NCBI RefSeq assembly: GCF_018350175.1
Contig: NC_058376.1
Coordinates: 60,512,001 to 60,576,000, forward strand
Source of the DNA: Felis catus
Lineage: Eukaryota
Length of the DNA stretch: 64,000 nt
Direction: 5' to 3'
The notes beneath the pieces are model-generated. The model made no database searches. It worked only from the letters and a program-made list of their open reading frames with translations, and was not told where the DNA came from. A program made the position numbers and the translations under genes. This document shows, one piece after another, positions 40,179 through 51,600 of this stretch (position 1 is its first letter; each line of letters opens with the position of its first letter).

Positions 40179-40693
40179 TGTCATTTCATATTTGTGAAGT
40201 TATATCCTTAGAATAGATTTCCAGAAGTAGGATTCCCAGGTCCTTGATAGATACTGACAAATTCTCCTCCAAAGGAATGATGTCATTTCATATTCCCAAC
40301 AGCATTCTATGGCAAGACTTGCTTCCCCACAGCCTCACTACTAGAGTGTATTGTTACAGTCCTGACGTTAGCCAATCTGGTGGGGGAGACATGGTATCCC
40401 AGTGTTGTTTTAATGCACGTCTCTCTCTCTACAACGGGGGTTGAAGAAGTTTCCATATGTTTAAGGAACATTTGTATTTCTCTTGCTATAAACCATCAGT
40501 TCGTGTATTTTGGCATGTTCAGGGTGGTTGGTCTTTTTCTTTTTTGATTTCCAGGAACTCTTTATGTTAAAGAGATGAATCATTTGGCTGTGAAATAAGT
40601 TCCAAATATTTGTTCCTAGTTTGTCATTTGTCTTTTCACCCCTATGACTTTTTAGTGCAAAAATCTTTTTTTTTTTTTTAAATATGTACTCAT

Positions 40694-40893
40694 GGGTACC
40701 TAGGTAGCTCAGTGGGTGAAGCGTTGGAATCTTGATTTTGGGTCAGGTCATGATCTCATGAGTTCATGAGTTTGAGCCCTGCATTGGGCTCTGCACTGAC
40801 AGTGAGGTGCCTGCTTGGGATTCTCTCTGCCTCGCTTTCTATGCCCCTCCCCTGCTTGTGCGCTCTCTCTCTCTCTCTCTCAAAAAAAAAAAA
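40694..40893 (+). mobile_element. Can-SINE
   Basis: SINEC head, CT tract, A tail. Confidence 0.88.
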
Positions 40894-41535
40894 ATGTAGT
40901 CAAATTCCTCACCACGTTGTATTTATAGATTCCAGATTTTGAGTCACAGTTAAAAAGGTTGTCTCCACTTCCAGGTTTCAAAGGAATTCACAGATGTTTT
41001 CTTTTAATATATGTATGGTTTCATTTAAAATTTTATTTGAATAGCTGATTCATTATGGAAAGTTTTNNNNNNNNNNNNNNNNNNNNNNNNNNNNNNNNNN
41101 NNNNNNNNNNNNNNNNNNNNNNNNNNNNNNNNNNNNNNNNNNNNNNNNNNNNNNNNNNNNNNNNNNNNNNNNNNNNNNNNNNNNNNNNNNNNNNNNNNNC
41201 AAATATCTTACAACTGGTTGATGATTGTATATAGGAAAACTATTTGTTTATTTATATTAATTTTATATCCTGCCAATTTAACAGAATTCTACTGTTTATG
41301 GTATTTTTCCCATTGATTCTATGGGTTTTCTGCTTATACAAGCCTTGTAACTAGAGATAGTTTTTTATATCTTTATTTCTAATTCTTATGCCTCTAACTG
41401 CATCTTTTACTTAATCAAATTAGCTAATACTTTTGATCAGTGGTTAACTAGTTGCAGCAATAGTGAGTACCTTGTCTTATTCCTGACTTTAGTGGGAATA
41501 CCTCTAGTGTCTTCCCATCAAAACAGATGTTGGCT

Positions 41536-41735
41536 TTGGATGCCCAGGTGGCTCACTTTGTTGAGTCGGCTCTTGATTTCGCCTCAGGTCATGATTCTGG
41601 GGTCATAGGATTGAGCCCAGCATTGGGCTCCATGCTGAGGATGAAGCCAGTTTAGGATTCTCTCTCCCTCTCCCTCTGCCCCTCTCCTCTGTTTGCACTC
41701 TCTCTCTCTAAAATGAAAAATTAAAAATAAAAAAG
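41536..41735 (+). mobile_element. Can-SINE (older)
   Basis: ggatgcccaggtggctca..tcttgatttcgcctcaggtcatgat..CT tract, A tail. Confidence 0.85.
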
Positions 41736-41815
41736 AAGAAGAAGCTTTCTGTGTGGATTTCACTGTCGATCAATTCATTCGCTCAAAAAAAAAAAGATTT
41801 TGGTTTTGGGGCTGG

Positions 41816-41816
<1 letters not shown>

Positions 41817-41857
<41 letters not shown>
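41817..41857. repeat. (TG)n microsatellite
   Basis: About 20 perfect TG units. Confidence 0.95.
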
Positions 41858-41860
<3 letters not shown>

Positions 41861-43519
41861 TATGTTAAGAAAGAATTTATCGATTTTTATTTTGCTGAAT
41901 GTTTTTTAAAAATAATTCATGGGATTGAATTTTCTTTTCAGCATCAAAGGAAATGACCATTTGCTTTTTCTATGTGGATATAGTATTTAATATTAATGAA
42001 TTTTTTTTGGTATTGAATCACCCTGCAATCATGGTATAGACTCCCTGGTCATTGTGTATTTTGCTTAATATGCTTTTGGCATCTGTGTGGCAACTTTTAT
42101 TTAGAATTTTTCCTTCAATATTCATAAGAGATTAGGATCTGATTTTCTTTTATTGTGTGCAATCTTAATCATTTTTATATCAGTTTGAAATTCACTTCAT
42201 AGAACTAATTTGGAAGTTTTCTTTTGTGTTGTATGTCTGTATATTTTCAGTAACATTGAAATGATCTTCTCTCTAAAGGCTTGTTATAGTTCCCCTGTGA
42301 AATCATCTAGGCCTGGCATTCTTTTCAGTGGGGGAGGGAGAGCTCTTGATGGTTAGGAGGTTCCTTGAAAGATGTTTCCCTGTACTTCTATCCCTCATCC
42401 TATGTGTTTGCAATACTGAGGGCTCCAGGTGGCAGGAAGTAGGAAATAAGGCTGCAGGGGTAGAGGATACCTTTCTAAAGGCAGATGAGGTCTGGGGTAG
42501 ATTGAAAGTATAATCACCTTTAGGGTGGAGAAGGGACAAGAGGGGAGTAATGTCGGAGGGGAGGTGTGGGTGCGCCAGGAAGAGAAGCCAGAGAGGCCCA
42601 GGCTGAGGAGAGATCAGCTGCTTCTTCCCAAAGATTTTTCTTCTGACTCTGCATTCCAACCTCTCCTGGGGGGTCTCTGTCCTATTTTCACAGCTGAGAA
42701 GGCAAAGGAAGTTTCCCGTAGTCCACAGCCTCTGTCAGGGAGGTTCTCAGAGTCACCTTACCTGAGGGAGCTTAGACTAACAACGGTCAGCAATCCTCTC
42801 CCCAAATTCTCCCCATTTGCATTTGTCCTGAGCCAGTTTTAGCCTACAAGTCCTGTGGCTCACAGACTTATTAAAAATCTTGAAGTCATAGACAGGTCTG
42901 AGGCAGCTCTCTCAACAAGAGGTTTGGAACAACCACTCCACAGCTCAGATAGCTCTGCCGTGAGATGGCTTTACTTTGGCAAATGGTAGATGGGGGTAGG
43001 CTCTTCTGGGTGCCTTGAGAGTCCATGCCACCTTCTTTCCCTTGCTTCCTGTCTCTCAGCTTCCTCAGCCCTCTGTGGACCTGCAGGAGACCCGCCTTGG
43101 CCACAATACAGCCTATCACCAACAGGTGCTGGGGTCTGTGAGGTAAAGAGTGGGAGCACTTGGCTAGAAAGGTCACCTCCCTGCAGCTTCAGGATGTTGC
43201 ATTTGATCAAAGACAAGGAAGGGGAGGGAGAGGAAAGTTGTGATATCCCTGAAGCTCCCCACCACTTCTGAACCCAAGGAAAGACTTTGGAGAGGCTGAA
43301 GCTCACACGCACTGCTGAGAGATTGTTCTGTGCTCCAAATGGTGTTTCCTGAGTACAGGTTGCAGGCCTTGTGGAAAGTGTGACCACTCTCAGTGCCCCC
43401 CTCACCCTGTGCTATGATCTCTTCCAGGCCACAGATTTCTAGCTGGAGCTGATGGAGTGGGCAGTGGGTTTGCAGGGCGAGGGAAAGGCTGGGGAGTGCT
43501 TTACATTTTAGGCCAGCAG

Positions 43520-43630
43520 TGGGGCCTGTTTGGGATTCTCTCTCTCCCCTTCTCTCTGCTCCTCCCTCCCTGGGGCTCTCTCTCTCTCTTTCTCTTTCTC
43601 TCAAAATAAATAAATAAACTTAAAAAAAAA
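43520..43630 (+). mobile_element. 5'-truncated Can-SINE
   Basis: cctgtttgggattctctctc..caaaataaataaataaac. Confidence 0.8.
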
Positions 43631-43694
43631 GAGACACTTAAAAAAAAGAAACAATTAGAGAAACTCTTTAACCTTTTTTAAAAAACTTAGTCTA

Positions 43695-43935
43695 GGGGCG
43701 CCTGGGTGGCACAGTGGGTTAAGCGTCCGACTTCAGCCAGGTCGTGATCTCGCAGTCCGTGAGTTCGAGCCCCGCATCAGGCTCTGAGCTGATAGCTCAG
43801 AGCCTGGAGCCTGCTTCCGATTCTGTGTCTCCCTTTCTCTCTGCCCCTCCCCCGTTCATGCTCTGTCTCTCTCTGTCCCAAAAATAAATAAACGTTGAAA
43901 AAAAAATTAAAAAAAATAAAATAAAATAAAAAAAT
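43695..43935 (+). mobile_element. Young SINEC_Fc
   Basis: Near-consensus felid SINE; TSD aaaaacttagtcta. Confidence 0.95.
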
Positions 43936-45359
43936 AAAAAACTTAGTCTAAGTTTCTTGGGGTTTCTTATTATATAAGATAGATCCTACCTCTATGGCTT
44001 TCACCCATCCTACTGTGGAAACCCAGGCTGTAAATTTTTTATAACCCAAACTCCAGTGTCCCCCTCTCTGTGCTCTATTTCCACTACTTGCTCTCAGCTC
44101 TCCCACCCTGGGCTTCTCTGCCTGGATAGCCGGTTTTGGAAACACTCTGCCTGTTCAACTTCTGAACCCTCCCTTGGACACACATTAGGTATTACAACTT
44201 CCTCAGCTTCAGGCACTGTGACTGTTGAAAGGAGATTGGAAGAGATGTCTCTCCATGTGAGCCTTGAAGCTGAGTTAGGGCAGAGAGAAGTTGATGAGGC
44301 ATATGTTGTCTGAGAGGCTGGAGGTGGGCTATGGGGGGGTGCATGGGTCATGGTATCCAGTTAGGAATGGATGGAACCCAGGGAAGACAGAAAGTGGTTT
44401 GAGATGGAGCATCCTGTGGGGGAGAAGGGGAACAGGAAGACAGGCGTGTGGACAGTGTGGAACACTCAGGTTGCTTCTCTGGAGTGGAGGGGCACAGTAC
44501 CATGCTTTAGATGTTCCTCCTGGTGGAACAGCAGATTTTCAGGATGTGCACCATGAACCATGCCCAAGGTAGCAGAGGTGAGCCCTAGAGGCAGGTGAAC
44601 AGAGACCCTCCACCTCCTTCGCCCAGAGTGTAGCTTCACTGGAGAGCAAGCTTTGAGTATCTGAAGGCAGGGGCTGTGATTATTCATCCTGTGTTCCCAG
44701 ATCCTGGTGCTGAGTCTGGTGTTTCGTAGGCTCTTTGGACTCTCAAGTGAATAAAAGAACAGAGGGAAGGAAGGAAGAAGGATGGGTCAACAGTACAACT
44801 TGATAATGAGCTGGAAACTCCAGATGAGTATTGATCAGCTCCTTTCCAGGGTCAGGTAATTGGGGCTCATCCTCCTCTGCACTAGTGATTTTCATGGGCA
44901 GGGGATGGGGGGTCACCAGTCATAAGAAAACTCCCTCTTCTGGTCTCCTCTGACTCTGCTGGGTTAGAGAAACTAAGCCAGAGTTCAACAAAATCTCAGT
45001 CCAGATAGACGAGACAGAAGAAATCAGATTCAAGAAGAGGACCTTATTTAAAGGAAAGTTGCTCTGTTGTCTGAGACTTTTTGTCCTGCCCACATCTAGT
45101 CTCTGAAGTAAATGCATCTTGTTCACTGGCTCATTAGATTTCAAGTGCAAGTCTTGGTCTGTAAAGTGTGCAAACTTAGATTTCTCTTAATGGGTGCACA
45201 TTTTTTAGTAGGATGAAGCCAGGGGAGCCCAGTGACCTCCACAGGCTCTTCAGAATCTTGGGCGTTACCAGATACACAGGGCCCTTGAGCTTGTTAGACA
45301 AAGGCTGATACAAAACAAGTACATCAAGACAGAATTTAAAAACAGCAGATTAACTAATA

Positions 45360-45634
45360 GTAACCCAAAGACCAATGCGTCTGTAACCACATTTTTGTTT
45401 ATTTTTTAGTGTGTTTCCTTCATGGTCTTTCTTGTGGCTCACCCTATGCAGTTTGTGTACTTGTTGAGAGCTTTTTTTTTTTAATCTGTCTCTGACATTG
45501 TTTCTGCTGAACTCAGTTTTTCCGAGACCCTCTCTCCTCATAGGCTCAGTTTTGGCCTGCCAGCCACAGTCCTCCAGTTTCCGTGGTAGAAGAGGCCTAG
45601 GCTGCTTCCTGTGGGCCCCCAGCTGGGCAGAAGC
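45360..45634 (+). promoter_or_regulatory. TIGIT: TIGIT proximal promoter / 5' UTR
   Basis: Non-repetitive sequence directly upstream of the ATG; CCAAT (~45372), RUNX AACCACA (45385-45391), ETS core CTTCCTG (~45605). The TSS cannot be fixed from sequence. Confidence 0.6.
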
Positions 45635-45698
45635 ATGCAGTGGTATCTCCTCCTGATTTGGGCACAGGGGCTGAGGCAGGCTCCCCTCCCCACCTCAG
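45635..45698 (+). CDS. TIGIT: TIGIT coding exon 1 (signal peptide)
   Basis: agaagcATGcag start; MQWYLLLIWAQGLRQAPLPTS; donor cag|gtaagg at 45699 (phase 1). Confidence 0.95.
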
Positions 45699-48600
45699 GT
45701 AAGGCCTATAAATCCAGCCTGGAACTGGAGAAACAGAAGGAGGAAGTAAGTCTGGGAGTGGAAGTGAGGGAAGGAAAGGCATGGTTTTCAGAATCCTGTG
45801 GCCCCTCATGTGAGAAAAGGCAGCGTCTGGGAAGCAGGTTCTGTTTTGGGTGGCAGATGGAGGCCTTGGGGTTGGGGTGTCTGACTGGCCAACCCAAGAA
45901 AGGAAATGGGGAGAGAAAGGAAACAGGGAGGAGGGATGATCAGTTTGCTTGTAGAAGTTCACTCCCGTTTCATCGTTCTTTCTTCTGTCCTTGAGGAAAC
46001 TTCTAGAAAGACATTGTACATTTTCTGTGGATCAAAAATGTCTTCTTCACAGATTCCAGAGAGTCTACCATTATAGACTGAATTTACATTAGATATGGTT
46101 CCTTCCATAATAAAAATCATAGACATATGTTTCTGAGGGGGGAACAGATATTGAGACACTATATTATAATTTAATTTGTATGTTGTTTTTTTTGAACCAT
46201 TTGAGGGTGGAGCTGTACCCAGATGATGGGCGGTGGTCAGTGCTGAGGAGGGTGCTTTTGTCTGGGAGAAACAAGTTTCTCTCCAGTCTTCCTTTCCTTT
46301 GGATTTTGTGGCTTTCCTGAAGGTTTTTCCAGGCACCTCAAACAGCAGTCAGACAAACAGCAAGGTTTTATTTCAAGGAATAGTGTGCCCAGCGTAGAAC
46401 TGGCTGCTGGAAGATGAAGTAAAACAAAAGTGGTGGCTGACAGGGCTTATGTTGTAGGTAGGGAGACAAAATAAGTACATGGAAATAATCAAAGAGCTTG
46501 TCATGAAGCTAGATTATAGCAGCATATCCTGAGTGGGTGAAGTGTAGCAGTTATAGTCCATGTGGGGAGTGACAGGATGGACAAGAGACGCTGTCATTCC
46601 ACAGACCAATTCTAGCCTCAAAGCCCTTTAGGATTTCTGTAGGAACATTCCAGGACAGCTGTTGACATAGGACTCATGCACATTTTCTCCCCTTCCCTAG
46701 GAGCCGTGTCAGGCAGGATAGTAACAATGGGGAACGTTTCTGCAGAGGAAGGTGGCTCTGTCACCTTGCAATGTCGCCTCTCCTCTACCACTGCCAAAGT
46801 GACACAGGTCAACTGGGAGCAGCAGGACCAACTTCTGGCCGTTCATCATGCTAACCTGGGGTGGTACCTCTGCCCAGCCTTCAGGGAGCGAGTGGTCCCC
46901 GGCCCCAACCTGGGCCTCACCCTGCAGTCGCTGACCAGGAATGATACAGGGGAATACTTTTGTACCTATCACACCTACCCCGATGGGATATACAGAGGGA
47001 CACTCTTTCTGGAGGTCCTACAAAGCTCAGGTATGCGCTCTGGAGCAGGGTGGCTAATGAACTTTCATCCTCCAGAACAGAAGATGTGTTCCTGCTAAAC
47101 ACTGTAAGAACAGGGTCTTTCAACCCTGGTTCACATTCAAATCACCAGGGAGCTTTTAAATGACACTGATGCTGGAGCCGCATCCCAGACCAATTTAATC
47201 AGAATCTCTAGGGGCAAAGTTGGGATGTAATAGATTCTAAAAGCATGCCTGGTGATTCAGATGTGCAGCCAGAATTGAGAGCCACTGTTTTGGGTAAGAA
47301 GGGTATCTTATATGTGTTGGTTAGGAAGAACACTATTAAGGTCATTTGGGAAGGGTTCTCATTTATTGGTTTAGGATTAACCAGGCAAATTAGAATTAGC
47401 TTCTGGGGCACCTGGGTGGTTCAGTCAGTTAAGTGTCTGACTTTGGCTCAGGTCGTGATCTCATAGTTCATGAGTTTAAGCCCCACTTTGAGCTCTGTGC
47501 TAACAGCTCAGGGCCTGGAGCCTGCCTCAGATTCTGTGTCTCCCTCTCTCTCTGCCTCTCCCTAGCTCATGCTGTCTCTCTCTCTCTTTCAAATATAAAC
47601 ATTTAAAAAAATAAAAAGAAAGAATTAACTTCTAAGTTTTTTTTTTTTTTTATGTTTATTTATTTTTGAGAGAGAGAGAGAGAGAGCAGGGGAGGGGCAA
47701 AAAGAGAGGGAGACAGAGGATCTGAAGCAGGTTCTGCCCTGACAGCAGAGAGCCCGATGTGGGGCTCAAACTCTCAAACCTCGAAATCATGACCTGAACT
47801 GAAGTCAGATGCTCAATCGACTGAGCCACTCAGGCGCCCCTAGCTTTTAAGTTTTACAAAGGATTAAAACACAGTGTGTGCTAAATGTAAATACATAATA
47901 ATTTACCTTTGTATGGTACTTCATAGTTTCCAGAGTGCTCTTACATTCATTATCACCTGAACACTTAAACCAGTTCTCTGCAAAGTGGGAAAAGATTTTT
48001 GCATCTGAGAAACAGTATAGCAGAATGGTGATGAGCTCAGACTATGACACCAGAGAGCCTGGGTCCAAATCTTGGTGCTGCTGTTGACCTCAGACAAGAT
48101 TACTCAGCTTCTCTGTGCATTGATTTTCTCATCTGTGAAATGAAAATAGATGTAACCTTATGAGGTTCTAACATAGGACTGAATACCGTACTACAAGAAA
48201 ATGCCCTGAAACAAGGCCTGGAATGGGGCGCCTGGGTGGCTCAGTCAGTTAAGCATCCAACTCTTGGTTTCGGCTCAGGTCATGATCTCACGGTTTTGTG
48301 GGTTTGGGCTCCGCATTGGGCTCTTCACTGACAGCACTGTGGAACCTGCTTGGGATTCTCTCTCCTTCTCTCTCTGCCCCTCCCCCACTCATGCTGTCTC
48401 TGTCTTTCTCAAAATAAATAAATAAACTGAAAAAGAATAAAAGAAAAAACAAGGCCTGGAACATGGTAAGTACTGTTAGCTCTGACTGCCAGCCACTCCC
48501 ATGTCACTATTTGATGGAGGTGGAGGCTGGGCCTTATAGTTGCTCAGAGCAGTAGAGCTGGTTTTAACACAGATGATCCGGTTCCATTAAATTACACCCT

Positions 48601-51600
48601 CAGAGCTTCTTGCTTTTTATTTTATTTTATTTTTTATTTGAGAGAGAGAGAGAGAATGAGAATCTTAAGCAGGCTCCGCACTTAGCGTGTAGCCTGACAG
48701 GGCTTGATCCCACAACCCCAGAATCATCGCCTGAGCTGAAATCAAGAGTCAGGCCCTCAACCAACAGAGCCACCCAGGTGCCCCTAGACCCTCAGAGCTT
48801 CTGCCTGTTAGTATCGATTGTGTTGGAGATTAAGCTTTATGAGTTAGCAAAATATGTGTAGACTGAGAAGATAAAAGGCTATTTTAAAGTTCTTTTCAAT
48901 GCTGCTTCTTGGCTGGCTCTGACATAGGTCAATGCTGCATGTGGGGAAGAGCCTATATCCTTTCTGGTTCTATGCACAGCCCGCCGCAGCCCTTCTACCC
49001 CCAGAAGCTGTGTTCTCCATGACTACTTTGCTCCTCATCTGCCCTCTTCCCTACCTGTGGCCAAAGCAAGAGGCTGAGTCTGCAGTGCAAGAGGAACTCA
49101 TCCTGGGGAGCTTGGGCTCCCTCCCCCCTGGTACTGTGTGGGTCTATGGGCACTGCCTTGTCCTTAGTGACTGCATTCCTTAGCCACCTTTCCCACAGTG
49201 TAAGCCCTTAGAGGGAAGAGGGCCTGCCTCTGCTACACCCTTCTCTCAAAACTTCCCTGCACCCCTGGGATCTGCCCAAGCTCCTAGGAAGGAGGTGGGA
49301 ATAGGACAAGGCAGCCTGGAAACCCTTCTACCTACAGTACAGCACACATCTGAGCAATTGTTCTGTTTCTCTCTCGCTGTCCTTGGATCAGCTGTCACTC
49401 TTTTCAAAACTCCCTTTCTGCTTCTTCTCCTTACACTTTATGTCTTAGTGGAAATTCATTTGTTCATGCTTTAATTCCATATTGCAAATATTTATTAAGC
49501 ACCTGCTATGTGCCAGGTGCTGAGAAAAAACAGGATAAACCTCCAGAACGTTACTCTCTCCAGGGTCTCACAGATGGAAAAATGTTACAGGTTTAATGTG
49601 AAAGGTTATATTCTTTTCCCCCTCTTTTTTGTGCTTTAATTAATTAATTTTAATTTTTAATTAAACATTTTTTACTAGTATGATTATAAATGTGAAATTT
49701 AATAAAATGTTCACTCTCTGGGTTTTTTTTTCTGGATGTTATTTTTTGTTTCATTTCATGATTAGCATGGAAAGTGATTTTGTCGAATAGAGGAAGGGAG
49801 TGTTAACAATGGTCTGCTTTGGTTCCAGAGATTAGCCATTGATTTTACAGTGAGCCAGGTAGATGCTCTTCCGTTCAAGGAGTTGGGCTTAAAGACTCCA
49901 GTCCTATGGTTACAGAAAGACCTGGCCAGCCTGCACCTCTGTGCCCTGACACAGAGGCTTCCCTGTGTAATGGCTGACCTTTGCTTCTGGCTTTCACCCC
50001 CCCACCCCGTCTTCACTTTGTCGCCCCTCCAGTGGCTGAGCGCAGCGCTGGGTTCCAGATCCCACTGCTTGGAGCCATGGCCATAGTGCTGGCAGTCATC
50101 TGCATGGCAGTCATCGTGGTGGTCACATTGACCAGAAAGGTAAAGACTGTGGCTGCACATCTCAGTCATGGCCACTCTGCCCCTGCCACCCTGTCCTTTC
50201 ATGTCCCCTTCCTGTCCAGAGAGAGACCTTGATGTGCTCTCCCCCGCTGCCCTACATATCTGTTTTACGGTCCTTGCTCTGCCTTTCAGTGAAGTTGTTT
50301 ATGCTCTACTTCTGTCCCTTTCCTTGTCTGGGAACTGCAGAGAGCCTGGACCTGTATTCCCCCCCATCTTGCTGTCACCTACAGCTCCTAGTTCTTGCCT
50401 GTCCCTGAAGCCACTCCCTAGAGAGTTTGATTTATCTATTGTGAGTTTGCTGTATTTTGGGCATCTACTCAGTACTAGGGATTTTTGTGTGTTAGCTTAT
50501 GTAATTTTAACAACCTTCTGTGGTGTTGGGCTACTCAGCAGTTCTACAGGATGAGAAATAAACATTCCCCAAATTTAGGGGAAAAAGGTACATGGCAAGA
50601 TCAGTAGGCTATACATCCTCTGTTGCTCTAGGTTAAGAGGTCATGCAGCTGAAAGAGTGCTGGATGGGGAAGTAGATGATGTCGTGTCTGAGCTCAGCAT
50701 TGAGGGTGATTACAGGGAAAGTTGTGGAGTCTCCCAGGTCTCCATTTCCTCATCCAGAAAGTGGGGATGATGGTGATTCTACTTGCTCTGTATCACAGAG
50801 CTGTGATGAACAGGTGGCACAGTACCTGTGACGGCCTTGTAAACAACGAAGAATTAGGTGAATGTGCTTGTGTTGTAAACTGGTAGCTACTGATTAGGAT
50901 GAATGAAAGAATTTCTGCTCCCTGTTTTGTCTGCCCTTTTGGACTTTTAAAGCCATCCCAGGTCGCCTTAATTTCAGTCACCAAACATTTGGGGGAAAGC
51001 AAGTCTGTGATTGCCAACATCGTTTTCCACCTCATCCTAGACCCTCCTCCCTTGTTCCTGATTCACTTTCCCCCCAAACTGGGTTGGGCTCAGTGAACAA
51101 CCCAGCTCTTCATCCCTGACATTTCTTTCTCTGGACCATGTGCTTGGTGCTGTTATTACTGATATATATGGGTTTACAGCTACCACCTTATTTTCTTCAT
51201 ATATGTTTTGCTTGTTTTTTCCCCTACTCTTTCTTGCTGTCTTTTGAATTAAGTACTTACTATTATAAAAAGATCTATTTGGTAATTATGCTAGATTTGC
51301 TATTCTTTTAATGGTTACACTAGATATTACAAATCATACCCCTGACTTATTCAAGTACAGTATAAATTAGTGCTTTAATCATGTCTTGGATTTTGCAAGA
51401 ATCTTAGGGCGCATTAACTCTTTTTTACCTACTTTCCCAACTTATTGCTATTATTACCATGTGTTTTAGTTTTATATATATTTTAGACCCTGCAAGAAAT
51501 TAGTATTGTTTTTAGAGTCATTATTCACTTAGATTTACCCTTTCTGTTGCTCTTTACTTCTTCCTGCATTTCCTGTCTTGTACCTAGGATCATTTTCCTC

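Larger units (their letters stand above)
38345..42330 (-). mobile_element. Old L1 (L1M-type) fragments interrupted by SINEs
   Basis: T-rich strand; ttccagaagtaggatt, cttgtcttattcctgactttagtgggaa, atattcataagagatt motifs. Confidence 0.6.

Noticed and set aside
45611-45994. 127-aa ORF starting at GTG 45611
   Set aside because: Only 45635-45698 is TIGIT exon 1; the rest is intron read-through past a good donor site
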